Source: Pseudomonadota bacterium (GTDB taxonomy: Bacteria > Myxococcota > JACRCW01 > JAFGSX01). From it: a DNA stretch of 64,000 bases. Below the pieces are notes generated by a model that was not told where the DNA came from, did not search any database, and saw nothing but the letters and a program-made list of their open reading frames with translations. This document shows positions 9,388 through 19,180 of the stretch, piece after piece; positions within the stretch are counted from its first letter, which is position 1, and each line of letters begins with the position of its first letter. The position numbers and the translations under genes are program-made. The stretch is from positions 255,936-319,935 of the forward strand of contig JBDRCO010000003.1 of NCBI GenBank assembly GCA_043821645.1. The letters run 5' to 3'.

Positions 9388-12234
9388 ATGCTGCAGATCC
9401 AGGAGCAGGGCAGGGTGAGCACCAGCAACAAGGAGCGCAAGGGGCAGGTCAGCCGGGGCACCCAGGTGCCGGACAGCAGCGTGGTGCAGGCACGCGGCTC
9501 GGCGCTGACCGTGCCCAGGCGATGGGTTGCCCAGGGCCAGGATCCCTACTCCATGGTCGAATGGGAGCAGCGCTCGGCCCGCCTGAGCGACAGTGATGGC
9601 AAGGTCATCTTCGAGCAGGAGGGTATCGATGTGCCCGTGGCCTGGTCGCAGACCGCCACCAACATCGTGGTGCAGAAGTACTTCCGGGGAGCTATCGGCA
9701 GCCCGCAGCGCGAGAACAGCGTGCGCCAGCTGGTGGGGCGGGTTGTCGACACCATCACGCGCTGGGGTCGCGTGGGCGGCTACTTTGCCAGTGACGAGGA
9801 CGCGCTGAGCTTCCACGACGAACTCGCGCACCTGCTGGTGACCCAGCGCGCATCCTTCAACTCACCGGTGTGGTTCAACGTCGGTGTCGAGGAGCACCCG
9901 CAATGCTCCGCCTGCTTCATCAACAGCGTGCAGGATTCGATGAGCTCCATCCTCACGCTGGCACACACCGAGGGCATGCTTTTCAAGTACGGGAGCGGCA
10001 CCGGGAGCAATCTATCCTCGCTGCGCTCGTCGCGTGAGCAGCTCGTGGGCGGTGGTCTGGCGTCGGGACCGGTATCCTTCATGCGCGGCTTCGATGCCTT
10101 CGCCGGGGTCATCAAGAGCGGTGGCAAGACCCGGCGCGCCGCCAAGATGGTGATCCTCAACGCCGACCACCCGGATGTCCGCGACTTTGCCACCTGCAAG
10201 GCGCGCGAAGAGCGCAAGGCCTGGGCACTGATCGACGCCGGTTATGACGGCTCTTTTGGTGGCGAGGCCTACGCCAGTGTGTTCTTTCAAAACGCCAATC
10301 ACTCGGTGCGGGTCACCGATGCGTTCATGGAAGCCGTGACCGACGACGCGGACTGGGACACCCATGCGGTGGTCGACGGCAGGCCTGTCGAGACCTTCAA
10401 GGCGCGCGCCCTGTGGCGCGAGATCATCGAGGCGGCCCACCAGTGTGGCGACCCCGGCCTGCAGTTCGACACCACCATCAACCTCTGGCACACCTGCAAG
10501 ACCTCGGGGCGCATCAACGCCAGCAACCCCTGCTCCGAGTACATGTTCCTGGACGACTCGGCCTGTAACCTGGCCTCGCTCAACCTGATGAAGTTCCGCA
10601 ACGCGAGCGGAGAGTTCGACGCCGAAGGCTTCCGTCACGCGGTGAGCCTGTTCATCCTGGCGCAGGAGATCCTGTGCGAGAACGCCAGCTACCCGACACC
10701 GGCCATTGGCCGCAACAGCCACGACTACAGGCCACTGGGGTTGGGCTTCGCCAACCTGGGGGCGCTGCTGATGGCCCAGGGCTTGCCCTATGACTCCGAC
10801 GGTGGCCGCGCCCAGGCCGCTGCCATCACCGCCCTGATGACGGGCCAGTCCTACGCCACCAGCGCAGAGCTGGCGCGGGCCCGGGGTCCCTTTGCGATGT
10901 TCGTCAAGAACCGCAAGCCCTTCATCGAGGTCGTGCGCATGCACCGGCACGCGGTCGAGGGCATCGACGTGGCTCATGTGCCCGCTCCCCTGCTGTCGGC
11001 GGCGCGTCGGGCCTGGGACGAGGCGGTCGAGGGCGGCGAGGCTCATGGGCTGCGCAATTCTCAGGTCACGGTGCTGGCGCCCACCGGCACCATCGGCTTC
11101 ATGATGGACTGCGACACCACCGGCATCGAACCCGACATCGCGCTGGTCAAGTACAAGAAGCTGGTGGGCGGCGGACAGCTCAAGATCGTCAACCACAGCA
11201 TCCCCGAGACCCTGCAGCGCCTGGGCTATGACGCCGAGACCTGCGGCCGCATCCTCGCCTTTGTCGAGGAGAGCGGCACGGTCGAGGGCTGCCCGGAGCT
11301 CCAGGCCGAGCACCTGCCCGCGTTCGACTGCGCTTTCCGGCCCGCCAAGGGGACGCGCAGCATCGAGCCGCTGGGTCACGTGCGCATGATGGGGGCGGTG
11401 CAGCCCTTCCTGTCTGGCGCCATTTCCAAGACCGTCAACCTGCCCAACGACGCCACCATCGAGAGCATCGGCGAGATCTACCAGCAGGCCTGGAGACTGG
11501 GTCTCAAGTCCATCGCCATCTACCGCGATGGATCCAAGCGCATGCAGCCCGTATCCACCGGCAAGGACGAGAAGAAGGTCGTCGCCCCGGCCGCCGTCCA
11601 CGACGAGAACGTGTTCAAGGCCTTGCGCCAGCGCCTGCCCGACGAGCGGCTGGCGGTGACCCACAAGTTCTCCATCGGCGGTCACGAGGGCTACATGACC
11701 GTGGGCCTGTACGAGAGCGGCAACCCGGGTGAGCTCTTCGTCACCATGAGCAAGGAAGGTTCGACCATCTCCGGCTTCATGGATGGCTTCGCCACCGCCG
11801 TGTCGCTGGCCCTGCAATACGGCGTGCCGCTCAAGGTCCTGATCGACAAGTTCAGCCATGCCCGCTTCGAGCCCTCGGGCTTCACGGGCAATCCGCACAT
11901 CCCCTTTGCCAAGAGCATCACCGACTACATCTTCAGGTGGATGGGGCTCAAGTTCCTGCCTCCGGGGGAGCGGCCCTTTGACCCCACACAGGGGCAGGGT
12001 GACCTGTTCGCCAGCCCACCCGAGGACAGCGACCTGGCCGAGGAGAAGAAGAAGAGGCGCGAGAGCGACACGAGCTTCAAGCCCGACGCCATGGCCGCCC
12101 TGCACAAGCGCGAGGAAGAGATCTTCGCCACCCAGGCCGATGCGCCACCGTGCTCCGAGTGTGGTTCGATCATGGTGCGCTCGGGCGCTTGCTACAAGTG
12201 CCTCAACTGCGGCTCGTCGTCGGGTTGCAGCTGA
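9388..12234 (+). CDS. nrdJ: Class II (vitamin B12-dependent) ribonucleotide reductase with C-terminal TSCPD and Zn-finger regions
   Basis: FNSPVWFN, QCSACFI, SGGKTRRAAKM, NASNPCSEY, APTGTI, SGAISKTVN, C-terminal CSECG..CLNCG; GGTGAGG RBS before ATG 9388. Confidence 0.96.
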   Translation: MLQIQEQGRVSTSNKERKGQVSRGTQVPDSSVVQARGSALTVPRRWVAQGQDPYSMVEWEQRSARLSDSDGKVIFEQEGIDVPVAWSQTATNIVVQKYFRGAIGSPQRENSVRQLVGRVVDTITRWGRVGGYFASDEDALSFHDELAHLLVTQRASFNSPVWFNVGVEEHPQCSACFINSVQDSMSSILTLAHTEGMLFKYGSGTGSNLSSLRSSREQLVGGGLASGPVSFMRGFDAFAGVIKSGGKTRRAAKMVILNADHPDVRDFATCKAREERKAWALIDAGYDGSFGGEAYASVFFQNANHSVRVTDAFMEAVTDDADWDTHAVVDGRPVETFKARALWREIIEAAHQCGDPGLQFDTTINLWHTCKTSGRINASNPCSEYMFLDDSACNLASLNLMKFRNASGEFDAEGFRHAVSLFILAQEILCENASYPTPAIGRNSHDYRPLGLGFANLGALLMAQGLPYDSDGGRAQAAAITALMTGQSYATSAELARARGPFAMFVKNRKPFIEVVRMHRHAVEGIDVAHVPAPLLSAARRAWDEAVEGGEAHGLRNSQVTVLAPTGTIGFMMDCDTTGIEPDIALVKYKKLVGGGQLKIVNHSIPETLQRLGYDAETCGRILAFVEESGTVEGCPELQAEHLPAFDCAFRPAKGTRSIEPLGHVRMMGAVQPFLSGAISKTVNLPNDATIESIGEIYQQAWRLGLKSIAIYRDGSKRMQPVSTGKDEKKVVAPAAVHDENVFKALRQRLPDERLAVTHKFSIGGHEGYMTVGLYESGNPGELFVTMSKEGSTISGFMDGFATAVSLALQYGVPLKVLIDKFSHARFEPSGFTGNPHIPFAKSITDYIFRWMGLKFLPPGERPFDPTQGQGDLFASPPEDSDLAEEKKKRRESDTSFKPDAMAALHKREEEIFATQADAPPCSECGSIMVRSGACYKCLNCGSSSGCS

Positions 12235-12387
12235 GATCGCGCTGGTATCTTTCGGCTCATTTCCCCACTCCATCCGTGGCATAACGAACTGTGTTCTCGC
12301 TCGCCCACGCGTCGTGGCTGGCCAGGCTGGCTGCGCGCTGCCAGAAACGAGCGCCCTTGACACCCGGGGTTTGGGAGTGTGATGCCC

Positions 12388-13935
12388 ATGCTGAGAAAGC
12401 TCTCACCGTTCTTGTTCCTGACTGTCGTCCTTGGGGTCGGCTGCTTGCCGGTGACGAACCAGGACGCCGGGGTCGAGGCCGGCCACGACGCCGGCACCCT
12501 GGCGCCGGTCTGGATTCACATTTTTCACACCGCCGACGAGCACGGCTGGCTGCAGCCCAGCGTGAGCAGCGACGGCGTGTACATCGCGGGCGGGGTCGCC
12601 AATCTCGTCGCCACCTGGAGGGATTCCTTTGGATTCGATCCCTCGCGCGATCTGCTGCTCAGCGGCGGCGACAACTGGGTTGGCTCGGCCATCTCCACCT
12701 GGTTTGACGGTGAACCCGCCGTCGCGGCCCTCAATGCCATGGGCTACCGGGCCTCCGCGGCCGGCAACCACGAGTTCGACAAGGGGACCGAACTTTTTTC
12801 CGCGCGCAGTGCCCAGGCTGCCTACCCCTACCTGGGAGCCAACGTGCTCCAGCGCAGCAGCGGCCAGATCCCGGATTTCCTGCAGCCCTGGGTGCTGCTC
12901 GAAAGCAGCGGCGTGCGAGTCGGTGTCCTGGGTCTGGCACTCCAGAACACAGCCACGGCGGTCAACCCCATCCAGGTCGCCGACCTGGAGTTCATCGACC
13001 CGGTCGAGACCGTCGACAGGGTGGTCCCGGACCTCCGCGCCGCCGGAGCCCAGGTCGTGGTGCTGCTGACCCACGAGTGCAGCAGCCGCGTCGCCGAAAT
13101 CCTGGGCGCCATCAACGTCAAGGTGGACCTGGCCTTCGCGGCTCACTGCCACCAGCTCGATATCGCCGAGTTTCAGGGCATCCCCATCGTTTCGAGTGGA
13201 CGTTTCTGGCGGGCCTTCAGCGTGTCGCACCTGCGCGTCGATACCGCCAGCGGCGAGGTCCTCGAAAGGCGCGTCTCGACCGGTGAACTGGTCTTCACGA
13301 GCGATTCGCCCAATCCGGTCGAGCCCGATCCGGGATTGTCCAGCCTTGTCGAGGGCTGGCAGCAGCAGCTTGACGACGTGCTTGCCGAGCAGGTCGGCTA
13401 CACGACCAGCGGCATCGCCCAGGGCAGCGCGACGCAGACAAACTGGGTCACCGATGCCTGGCGCTGGGCGTTCCCGCAGGCGCAGGTCGCCTTGCAGAAC
13501 GTCGGTGGCCTGCGGCAGGCCCTGGCACCCGGTCCCATCACCCGGGCCGACATCGTTGGCATGATGCCCTTCGACAACCTCATCTACGAGGTCCGCATCA
13601 CGGGTGCCGAGCTGCAACAGAATCTGCTTGCTGGCCTGGCCTATTCCGCGAGTGCGCGCCCCGCCGTCTCGGGCCTGAGCTACGCGCAGAACGGCGACCA
13701 GCTCGACGTCACCCTGGATTCGGGAGCCGCCCTCGACCCCGTGGCCAGCTACCGCGTGCTGGTCAATGACTTCATGTACAACGGTGGCGGCGGATACCTG
13801 TTTGCCACCCAGGACCCCGATCCCCTCGACACTGCACAGAACTATCGACAGCCACTGCTCGACTGGTGCCTGGCGCACCCCAGCGATGCGGCCTCGCCGG
13901 TGGAGAGCCACCTCGACCCGGTGCCTCGGGGATAG
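12388..13935 (+). CDS. 5'-nucleotidase / 2',3'-cyclic phosphodiesterase family lipoprotein
   Basis: Lipobox LGVGC; metallophosphoesterase motifs HTADEHG, GD, GNHEFD, LTH, AHCH; C-terminal N.GGLR and MPFDN. Confidence 0.9.
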   Translation: MLRKLSPFLFLTVVLGVGCLPVTNQDAGVEAGHDAGTLAPVWIHIFHTADEHGWLQPSVSSDGVYIAGGVANLVATWRDSFGFDPSRDLLLSGGDNWVGSAISTWFDGEPAVAALNAMGYRASAAGNHEFDKGTELFSARSAQAAYPYLGANVLQRSSGQIPDFLQPWVLLESSGVRVGVLGLALQNTATAVNPIQVADLEFIDPVETVDRVVPDLRAAGAQVVVLLTHECSSRVAEILGAINVKVDLAFAAHCHQLDIAEFQGIPIVSSGRFWRAFSVSHLRVDTASGEVLERRVSTGELVFTSDSPNPVEPDPGLSSLVEGWQQQLDDVLAEQVGYTTSGIAQGSATQTNWVTDAWRWAFPQAQVALQNVGGLRQALAPGPITRADIVGMMPFDNLIYEVRITGAELQQNLLAGLAYSASARPAVSGLSYAQNGDQLDVTLDSGAALDPVASYRVLVNDFMYNGGGGYLFATQDPDPLDTAQNYRQPLLDWCLAHPSDAASPVESHLDPVPRG

Positions 13936-14184
13936 AGCCCGGCCAGCGCGCGAATCGTGGAGCCGATGGCGGTTCTCTCCGCCGCTACAGAGGCGGCGGG
14001 TGCCTGGGGGATTCTTGATCGCCTGCGCGGCGAGGTGGTATGACAGCACGCACGGCGGTCGTTGTTGAAGGGGTGGCAGAGGTACTGGAGAACAGGTTCT
14101 GAGGGCTGGGGCCGACGTCAAGAACGCGGGAGTGAGGACGCAGCACAACGAATGCCTGCGCGTCTCTCGACTCCGGGAAACCAG

Positions 14185-14772
14185 ATGAACAAGAGCACGA
14201 TTCTCATTGTGGTCGCATTTCTTCTCGCCCTGGCTTCACTGGGGGCGGCCTACATGTACAGGACCTCGCGCAGTGAGCTCCTCGCGCAGGTGCAGCACAA
14301 CGCAGAGCAGCTGGAGACCGCGCAGCAACAGCTCAAGGCAGCCAGCGAGAAGAATGCGGAGAATGAAAAGGCGCTGCTGGCGACGACAGAGAAGATGCAG
14401 AACATGTCAAAGGAACTCCAAACGGCCAACCAGTTCATCGAGGAGCAAAAAGAGAAAAACAGGGTCCACATCGCTCGTTGTGAGCTCAAGACCATCGCCA
14501 AGACCCTGGCGAAGGTGAAGAACTTGAGTGAAAGAAACCCTGGCAGATACGAGCTGACCGATATCCTGAACTTCATCGCCCACGGCACGCCGGCCCAGGG
14601 CGAGGATGGTGCACGCAAGGATATCGTGTACCAGGGCTCCTGTTTCATCCCGCCTGGAACGGTGACGAAGATCAATGAGATACCGATAGAGAACGCAGAC
14701 GACATTGCCAAGAGCATGAAATCTGCCGAGGAAATCGTCATCCAGGTGGAGACGCCACAGGAGAATGGCTGA
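14185..14772 (+). CDS. Hypothetical membrane-anchored coiled-coil protein with PDZ-like C-terminal segment
   Basis: N-terminal TM, Q/E/K-rich heptads, C-terminal GTVTKINEIPIENADDI; visibly more A-rich than neighbours. Confidence 0.7.
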   Translation: MNKSTILIVVAFLLALASLGAAYMYRTSRSELLAQVQHNAEQLETAQQQLKAASEKNAENEKALLATTEKMQNMSKELQTANQFIEEQKEKNRVHIARCELKTIAKTLAKVKNLSERNPGRYELTDILNFIAHGTPAQGEDGARKDIVYQGSCFIPPGTVTKINEIPIENADDIAKSMKSAEEIVIQVETPQENG

Positions 14773-15091
14773 ACCTAAAGCTGATCCATTGTTCTTTTAA
14801 GCACTCGAAGCAAAGCCAGCCTCAGCGCGGGAATCACTGCGAAGACCCCTGGACCGAACTCCTGCGCGTTGCTCGGCATGTGATACGAAAGCGCTTTGAT
14901 TCGACCCTGTTTTGGGGCCCCGCCTTCACCGCCGCGTCTTTTCCTGCTGCAGGGTCCCGCACCCTGGAATCAAAGAGTGCCGACCTTGGGCTCGTCAGTC
15001 ACCTGGGATCTTGATGCCCAGGCTCCGCATCGTTGCGGATGGTGCGGGGCCAGTCGTCGCCGCGATGGGGTGCGACGGCCGAAGGAATCGT

Positions 15092-15535
15092 CTACTCAAG
15101 ACCCGCCGCGGCGATCTCGGCAGCGAAGGCCTTGCCGAGCTCGCTGTCGAGCTCGTGCGTGCAGGTAGCCAGAAAGACCTCGTCGCTGTCCTGGAAGGCA
15201 CGCTCCATGCGCTCGGCGGCGCGCTGCACCTTGGAGGCGGTGGGTGCGGGGTCCAGCCGGGCCTTCTCGGCGGCGACCACCAGCTGGTTGCGGAAGAACA
15301 GGCAGCGGGCGTGGCTGGCGGCCAGCTCCTCGCTGCCACAGACCAGGGCGCGGTCGGCGCGGGTCTCGTCGAGCATCTGCAACAGCTGGGCGGCGGGCAT
15401 CACGCCGGGCCCGGTGGCGTCACCGAGCTTGCGGTAGTGCCCGGCGTAGACCGCGATTGAGGTGCAGGCGCCCAGGGTCGCGACGGCGGCGGCACTCGCC
15501 AGCAGCGCCAGGGGTCTGCACCACCGCGGGCTCAT
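15092..15535 (-). CDS. Hypothetical lipoprotein
   Basis: ATGA overlap with upstream gene; lipobox TLGAC; helical C-terminus. Confidence 0.7.
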   Translation of the reverse strand: MSPRWCRPLALLASAAAVATLGACTSIAVYAGHYRKLGDATGPGVMPAAQLLQMLDETRADRALVCGSEELAASHARCLFFRNQLVVAAEKARLDPAPTASKVQRAAERMERAFQDSDEVFLATCTHELDSELGKAFAAEIAAAGLE

Positions 15536-17244
15536 GCACCACCCTCGCCCGGTCGTGCCAGGGCTGCGGCGGCCGCGGGTGCCAGCAGCAACTCGCCGGA
15601 CTCGAACAGGTTGTGCACGTAGCGATCGTCGGCGCTGGGGTTGACCGCGGCGCCGGCGAGCCAGGCGGCGCCGGCCACGACGGCGCCTAGCACGGCGATG
15701 GACAGCACCACCAGGCCGATGACGACGCACAGCTCGCCGTCTCCGCCACTGCAGCCGCCAAGGATCTCGGCGCCGAGCTGGAACAGGATCCAGGCGGTCC
15801 AGGCGGTGACCGCACTGACGTTCTCGGCGCCGGACTTGAACTGGGCGCGGCCGGCCAGCACCCGCTCGAAGCGCCGGCCCACCACCGAGGTGGCCTGGTA
15901 CGAGGAGGACCACAGCTCCACACCGGCCAGCTGCTGCGGGGTGGTCTGTGCCGGGGCCTGCCCCGGGCGGCACAGTACCGCGATCAGCCCGTTGTCCGGG
16001 GTCGAGTGCAGCCCACAGCCGGGCAGCGGCAGGGTGACAGGGCGGCGGCGGATCTCGGCGGCGACGCTGCCGTCCTCGCCGGGACGGATCACCGCCACTT
16101 CGCTGTACTCGCCCTCCTGCTCGACAGTGGGGCCCTTGCCGCTGAAGCGCAGCACCACCACGTCGCGCAGCAGCTCGGCCTCGATCTGTGCCACCAGCGC
16201 GTCGGCGTCGCCGAGCGCCCGGGTCAATCGCTGCGCCGGGTGCTCGTCACCGCCTGGGTGGGTCAGCACCACCCGCATCGCCGCGTCCAGGCGCATGAGT
16301 TCGGGCAGCAGCAAGGTCTCGGCCTGGGCGAGGATCCGATCCGGCGTGCCGTAGCCCGGTGCCAGCCGCTCCACCCGCTCCAGCAGGGCCTGCACCTGCT
16401 CGTTCTGCAGCGCCTCGTCGAGGGTACCCAGGTAGCGCTGGGCCTCCTCGGCGGCTGCTCGCACCAGGTCCTCGCTGCTGCGCGCCTGGGGCCGATTGAT
16501 CAGTACTGCCGGCAGCGCTTGCTCGAACAACAACGCGGCCAGTCGGGTGGCGATTGACTCGCCACGTGGCAGCGCCAGCTGGGCGCGGTGCAGCAGGTCG
16601 AGGGCGGGCTCCAGGCCCAGCATCAGCCGGGTCGACAGCAGCAAGCCGGTGCGCGCCCGCTCGACGTCGGTCGCCGCGCCCTTGCTCTGCTGAGCGCAGC
16701 GCAGCAGCAGGGCGTAGACCAGCGGCGCGTCGGTGCCAAACGGGAACGGCTGCCAGCGGGCGTCGAGGAACTCGGCCGAGCGCAGCGTCGGCACGGCCAT
16801 GTCGCAGCGCCCCTGGGCCATGTCCAGCAGGGCCAGCAGGGTGGTCGACAGCACCCGCTCGTGCGGCCGGCCGCGGTAGGGCTTGTCGGCGTCGGCGCTG
16901 AAGGCGACGTTGAGGTTGGCCGGGTCGCTGAGGTCCTCGAAGCTGGCGTGGGCAGCCTCGAGCAGGGCACGGGCGTCGTCCTGCGCCGCCGCCGCGGGCA
17001 GGGCGCTCCGTAGTAGGGTGTAGCTCTGCTCCAGCGCCAGCAGGGTGGCGTTGGTCGGATCCTCCTGCATGCGCTGCTCGATCTCGGCGCGCTCGCTGCG
17101 CACACCGCGCCGGCTGCGCTCGAGCAGGTTCTGGGTGCTGTGCGGACAGCCGACGACGACGAGCTGGGCCGTCAGCAGGCCGAGCAGCGCCGCTTTTACC
17201 AGGGTCCCCGGCAGGGTGGGGGGCCGTCGCATCGATCGGGCCAT
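15532..17244 (-). CDS. COG3014-like lipoprotein
   Basis: Lipobox VVGC; PYRGRPHER motif typical of COG3014; hydrophobic C-terminal helices then ADDRY; operon with LpoB- and YcfL-like genes. Confidence 0.7.
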   Translation of the reverse strand: MARSMRRPPTLPGTLVKAALLGLLTAQLVVVGCPHSTQNLLERSRRGVRSERAEIEQRMQEDPTNATLLALEQSYTLLRSALPAAAAQDDARALLEAAHASFEDLSDPANLNVAFSADADKPYRGRPHERVLSTTLLALLDMAQGRCDMAVPTLRSAEFLDARWQPFPFGTDAPLVYALLLRCAQQSKGAATDVERARTGLLLSTRLMLGLEPALDLLHRAQLALPRGESIATRLAALLFEQALPAVLINRPQARSSEDLVRAAAEEAQRYLGTLDEALQNEQVQALLERVERLAPGYGTPDRILAQAETLLLPELMRLDAAMRVVLTHPGGDEHPAQRLTRALGDADALVAQIEAELLRDVVVLRFSGKGPTVEQEGEYSEVAVIRPGEDGSVAAEIRRRPVTLPLPGCGLHSTPDNGLIAVLCRPGQAPAQTTPQQLAGVELWSSSYQATSVVGRRFERVLAGRAQFKSGAENVSAVTAWTAWILFQLGAEILGGCSGGDGELCVVIGLVVLSIAVLGAVVAGAAWLAGAAVNPSADDRYVHNLFESGELLLAPAAAAALARPGEGGA

Positions 17245-17250
17245 GGCCCC

Positions 17251-17958
17251 CTACGGCTGCTGCGCCAGGCGCTGAAGGCTCTGCATCACCAGAGAGTGGA
17301 CCAGCGGCCGTAGCGACACCGCGCCGACGTTGGGCCGGCTGGCCAGCGCCAGCAGCGCGCCGTCCGAGGTGCGGATCACCCGGCCGACATACAGCGCACC
17401 GGCCAGGCCCTCGCCGGTCTGCAGCGAGATCAGCAGCTCAACTCCCGAGGGGGTGAGCTGGTTGAAGCTGGCCACGCTGTTGCTGTCGGCGGCGTTCTGC
17501 TCGGCCGCCATGATCTTGGCGGCGTCGGCCATGCTCACCTCCTTGAGGGTGATGCCGGCGTCGAGCAGGGCGGCGACCGTCGTCTGCAGCATCTCAGCCT
17601 CGGCGGCTGGGGTGGGCCGCACCGCCCAGGGCCGCGAGGCCTCGGGGACCACCCGGGTCTGGTCGTAGGGGATGCCGGCGATCTGACCGCTGGTGTAGGC
17701 CGCGCCCGCGGGCCGGGCCAGGGGCAGCTGGTAGTAGGCACCGATGACGCCGAAGCTGGGCTTGCCGGCGCGCTCGTTGAGCTGCCGCAGGCTGTCCACG
17801 GAGATGCCGTCCGGGGCCGCGATCACCTCATGCTTGGCGATGGTCGGGGCGACCGGCTTGCGGGACTGCTCGTCGGGCAGGGGCGCGGTCTGCACCCGGC
17901 CCGGACCACAGGCCACGGCGCCGAGCATCACGATCAGAAGGCTCGCTCGCAGGAACAT
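17251..17958 (-). CDS. Hypothetical lipoprotein, possibly LpoB/CsgG-like fold
   Basis: Lipobox AVAC; C-terminal GRVIRTSDGALLA resembles CsgG/LpoB strand pattern; tight operon spacing. Confidence 0.7.
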   Translation of the reverse strand: MFLRASLLIVMLGAVACGPGRVQTAPLPDEQSRKPVAPTIAKHEVIAAPDGISVDSLRQLNERAGKPSFGVIGAYYQLPLARPAGAAYTSGQIAGIPYDQTRVVPEASRPWAVRPTPAAEAEMLQTTVAALLDAGITLKEVSMADAAKIMAAEQNAADSNSVASFNQLTPSGVELLISLQTGEGLAGALYVGRVIRTSDGALLALASRPNVGAVSLRPLVHSLVMQSLQRLAQQP

Positions 17959-18048
17959 GGCAACCTCATGCGGGGGGCGCGCCCCCTTGTCTCACCGTCA
18001 ACCACCGGGCCGCCAGGCGACGACCTCGCTCCGACACCGCGCCGCGCC

Positions 18049-18456
18049 TCAGCGCTGCCGCAACAGCAGCCGCACCTTGGCGCCGGGCTGGTACACCCCG
18101 GGCATGTCCCAGACGGTCTCCTGGCGCGGCTCGAGGGGCACGTCCTGGTAGTTGGTCATGTCCAGCCGGGCGCCGTTGGCGTCGAGGATCTCGATGGCGA
18201 TCTGCGCCGCCACCGTGGCACCGGTGCGGTTGTGCAGGGTGACCTCGATGCGGCCGCCGTCGCGCTGCTCGATGTCGACCCGCAGGACCTCGATCTCAGC
18301 GCAGACCGTGCCGCGCGGGCAGTGCACCTCGCCCCACTCGAAGTTCTGGGTCACCGGATTGTCGACGGCCTGCTCGATGCTGGTGCGGGCGTAGCGCGCC
18401 TGGGCGCAGCCCAGCATGGTCGCTGCCACGAACAGAGAGCCAAGGATTCTCAACAT
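18049..18456 (-). CDS. YcfL/DUF1425-like lipoprotein
   Basis: Lipobox MLGC; Ig-like pattern IEVTLHNRTG...ILDANGARL...VPLEPRQE; follows the LpoB-like gene. Confidence 0.65.
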   Translation of the reverse strand: MLRILGSLFVAATMLGCAQARYARTSIEQAVDNPVTQNFEWGEVHCPRGTVCAEIEVLRVDIEQRDGGRIEVTLHNRTGATVAAQIAIEILDANGARLDMTNYQDVPLEPRQETVWDMPGVYQPGAKVRLLLRQR

Positions 18457-18473
18457 GAATGGACCCCGTGCGG

Positions 18474-19094
18474 TTACTGGTAGACGACGCCCGTCGAGCC
18501 GGCCTTCTTGGTCTCGTAGTCGCCGACCCACAGGATGCCGCCGGTCTCGGCCTCGATGAGCTGGAAGGTGTAGACGATGTAGTCGCTGTTGCCCTCGCGA
18601 GTGGCCTTGGACAGCGCGCGCATCTCGCCCTTGAGCAGGTAGTCGGCGCCGGCCATGGCGGCGGTGCTATTGCCCGTGTCGTACATGCCGGCGCGTTTCT
18701 TCTCGCGCTCGGCTATCACCTCCTGCTCGCTGTCGCGGGCCAGGAACATGAAGCGCCCGCGGGCGTTGTTGACCAGCTCCTTGACCAGCTTGTTCTGCAG
18801 CAGCTTGGGATCGACCCGGAACCGGGTCTGGTTGTCGATCGGCAGTACAGCGATGCGCGGCGTGGCGCCGCCCTCGGGCCAGCGGATGCCGGCGATCTCC
18901 CGCGACATGCGCTCGGCGATGGTGCGGATGTCACCGGACTCGGTGCCGGTGCCGCCCAGCGCGTCGTCCGCATCGGGGTCCAGGACCTTGGTCTTGCCCT
19001 GGGAGGTGGTGTAGCAGGCGGTCGAGGACAGCAGCAGTGCGCCGATCGTGGCGGCACTGGCCATCCAGGGGATACGGTGGATCCGGGTGCGCAT
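18474..19094 (-). CDS. LpoB-family lipoprotein
   Basis: Lipobox STAC; ESGDI...AERM, IDNQT, GADYLLKG, YTFQLIEAETGGILW; GAGGAG RBS. Confidence 0.85.
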   Translation of the reverse strand: MRTRIHRIPWMASAATIGALLLSSTACYTTSQGKTKVLDPDADDALGGTGTESGDIRTIAERMSREIAGIRWPEGGATPRIAVLPIDNQTRFRVDPKLLQNKLVKELVNNARGRFMFLARDSEQEVIAEREKKRAGMYDTGNSTAAMAGADYLLKGEMRALSKATREGNSDYIVYTFQLIEAETGGILWVGDYETKKAGSTGVVYQ

Positions 19095-19180
19095 GAACCA
19101 CTCCTCGCGTCATGTGTCTGCCAGACGCCTTGGGGCGATGGTTATTCAAGATGTCGGCAGTGACAAGCGTGCTCGGACCG

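Noticed and set aside
14975-15005. Minus-strand CTGACGA as a hammerhead ribozyme core
   Set aside because: No GAAA follows the putative stem II, so the catalytic core is incomplete
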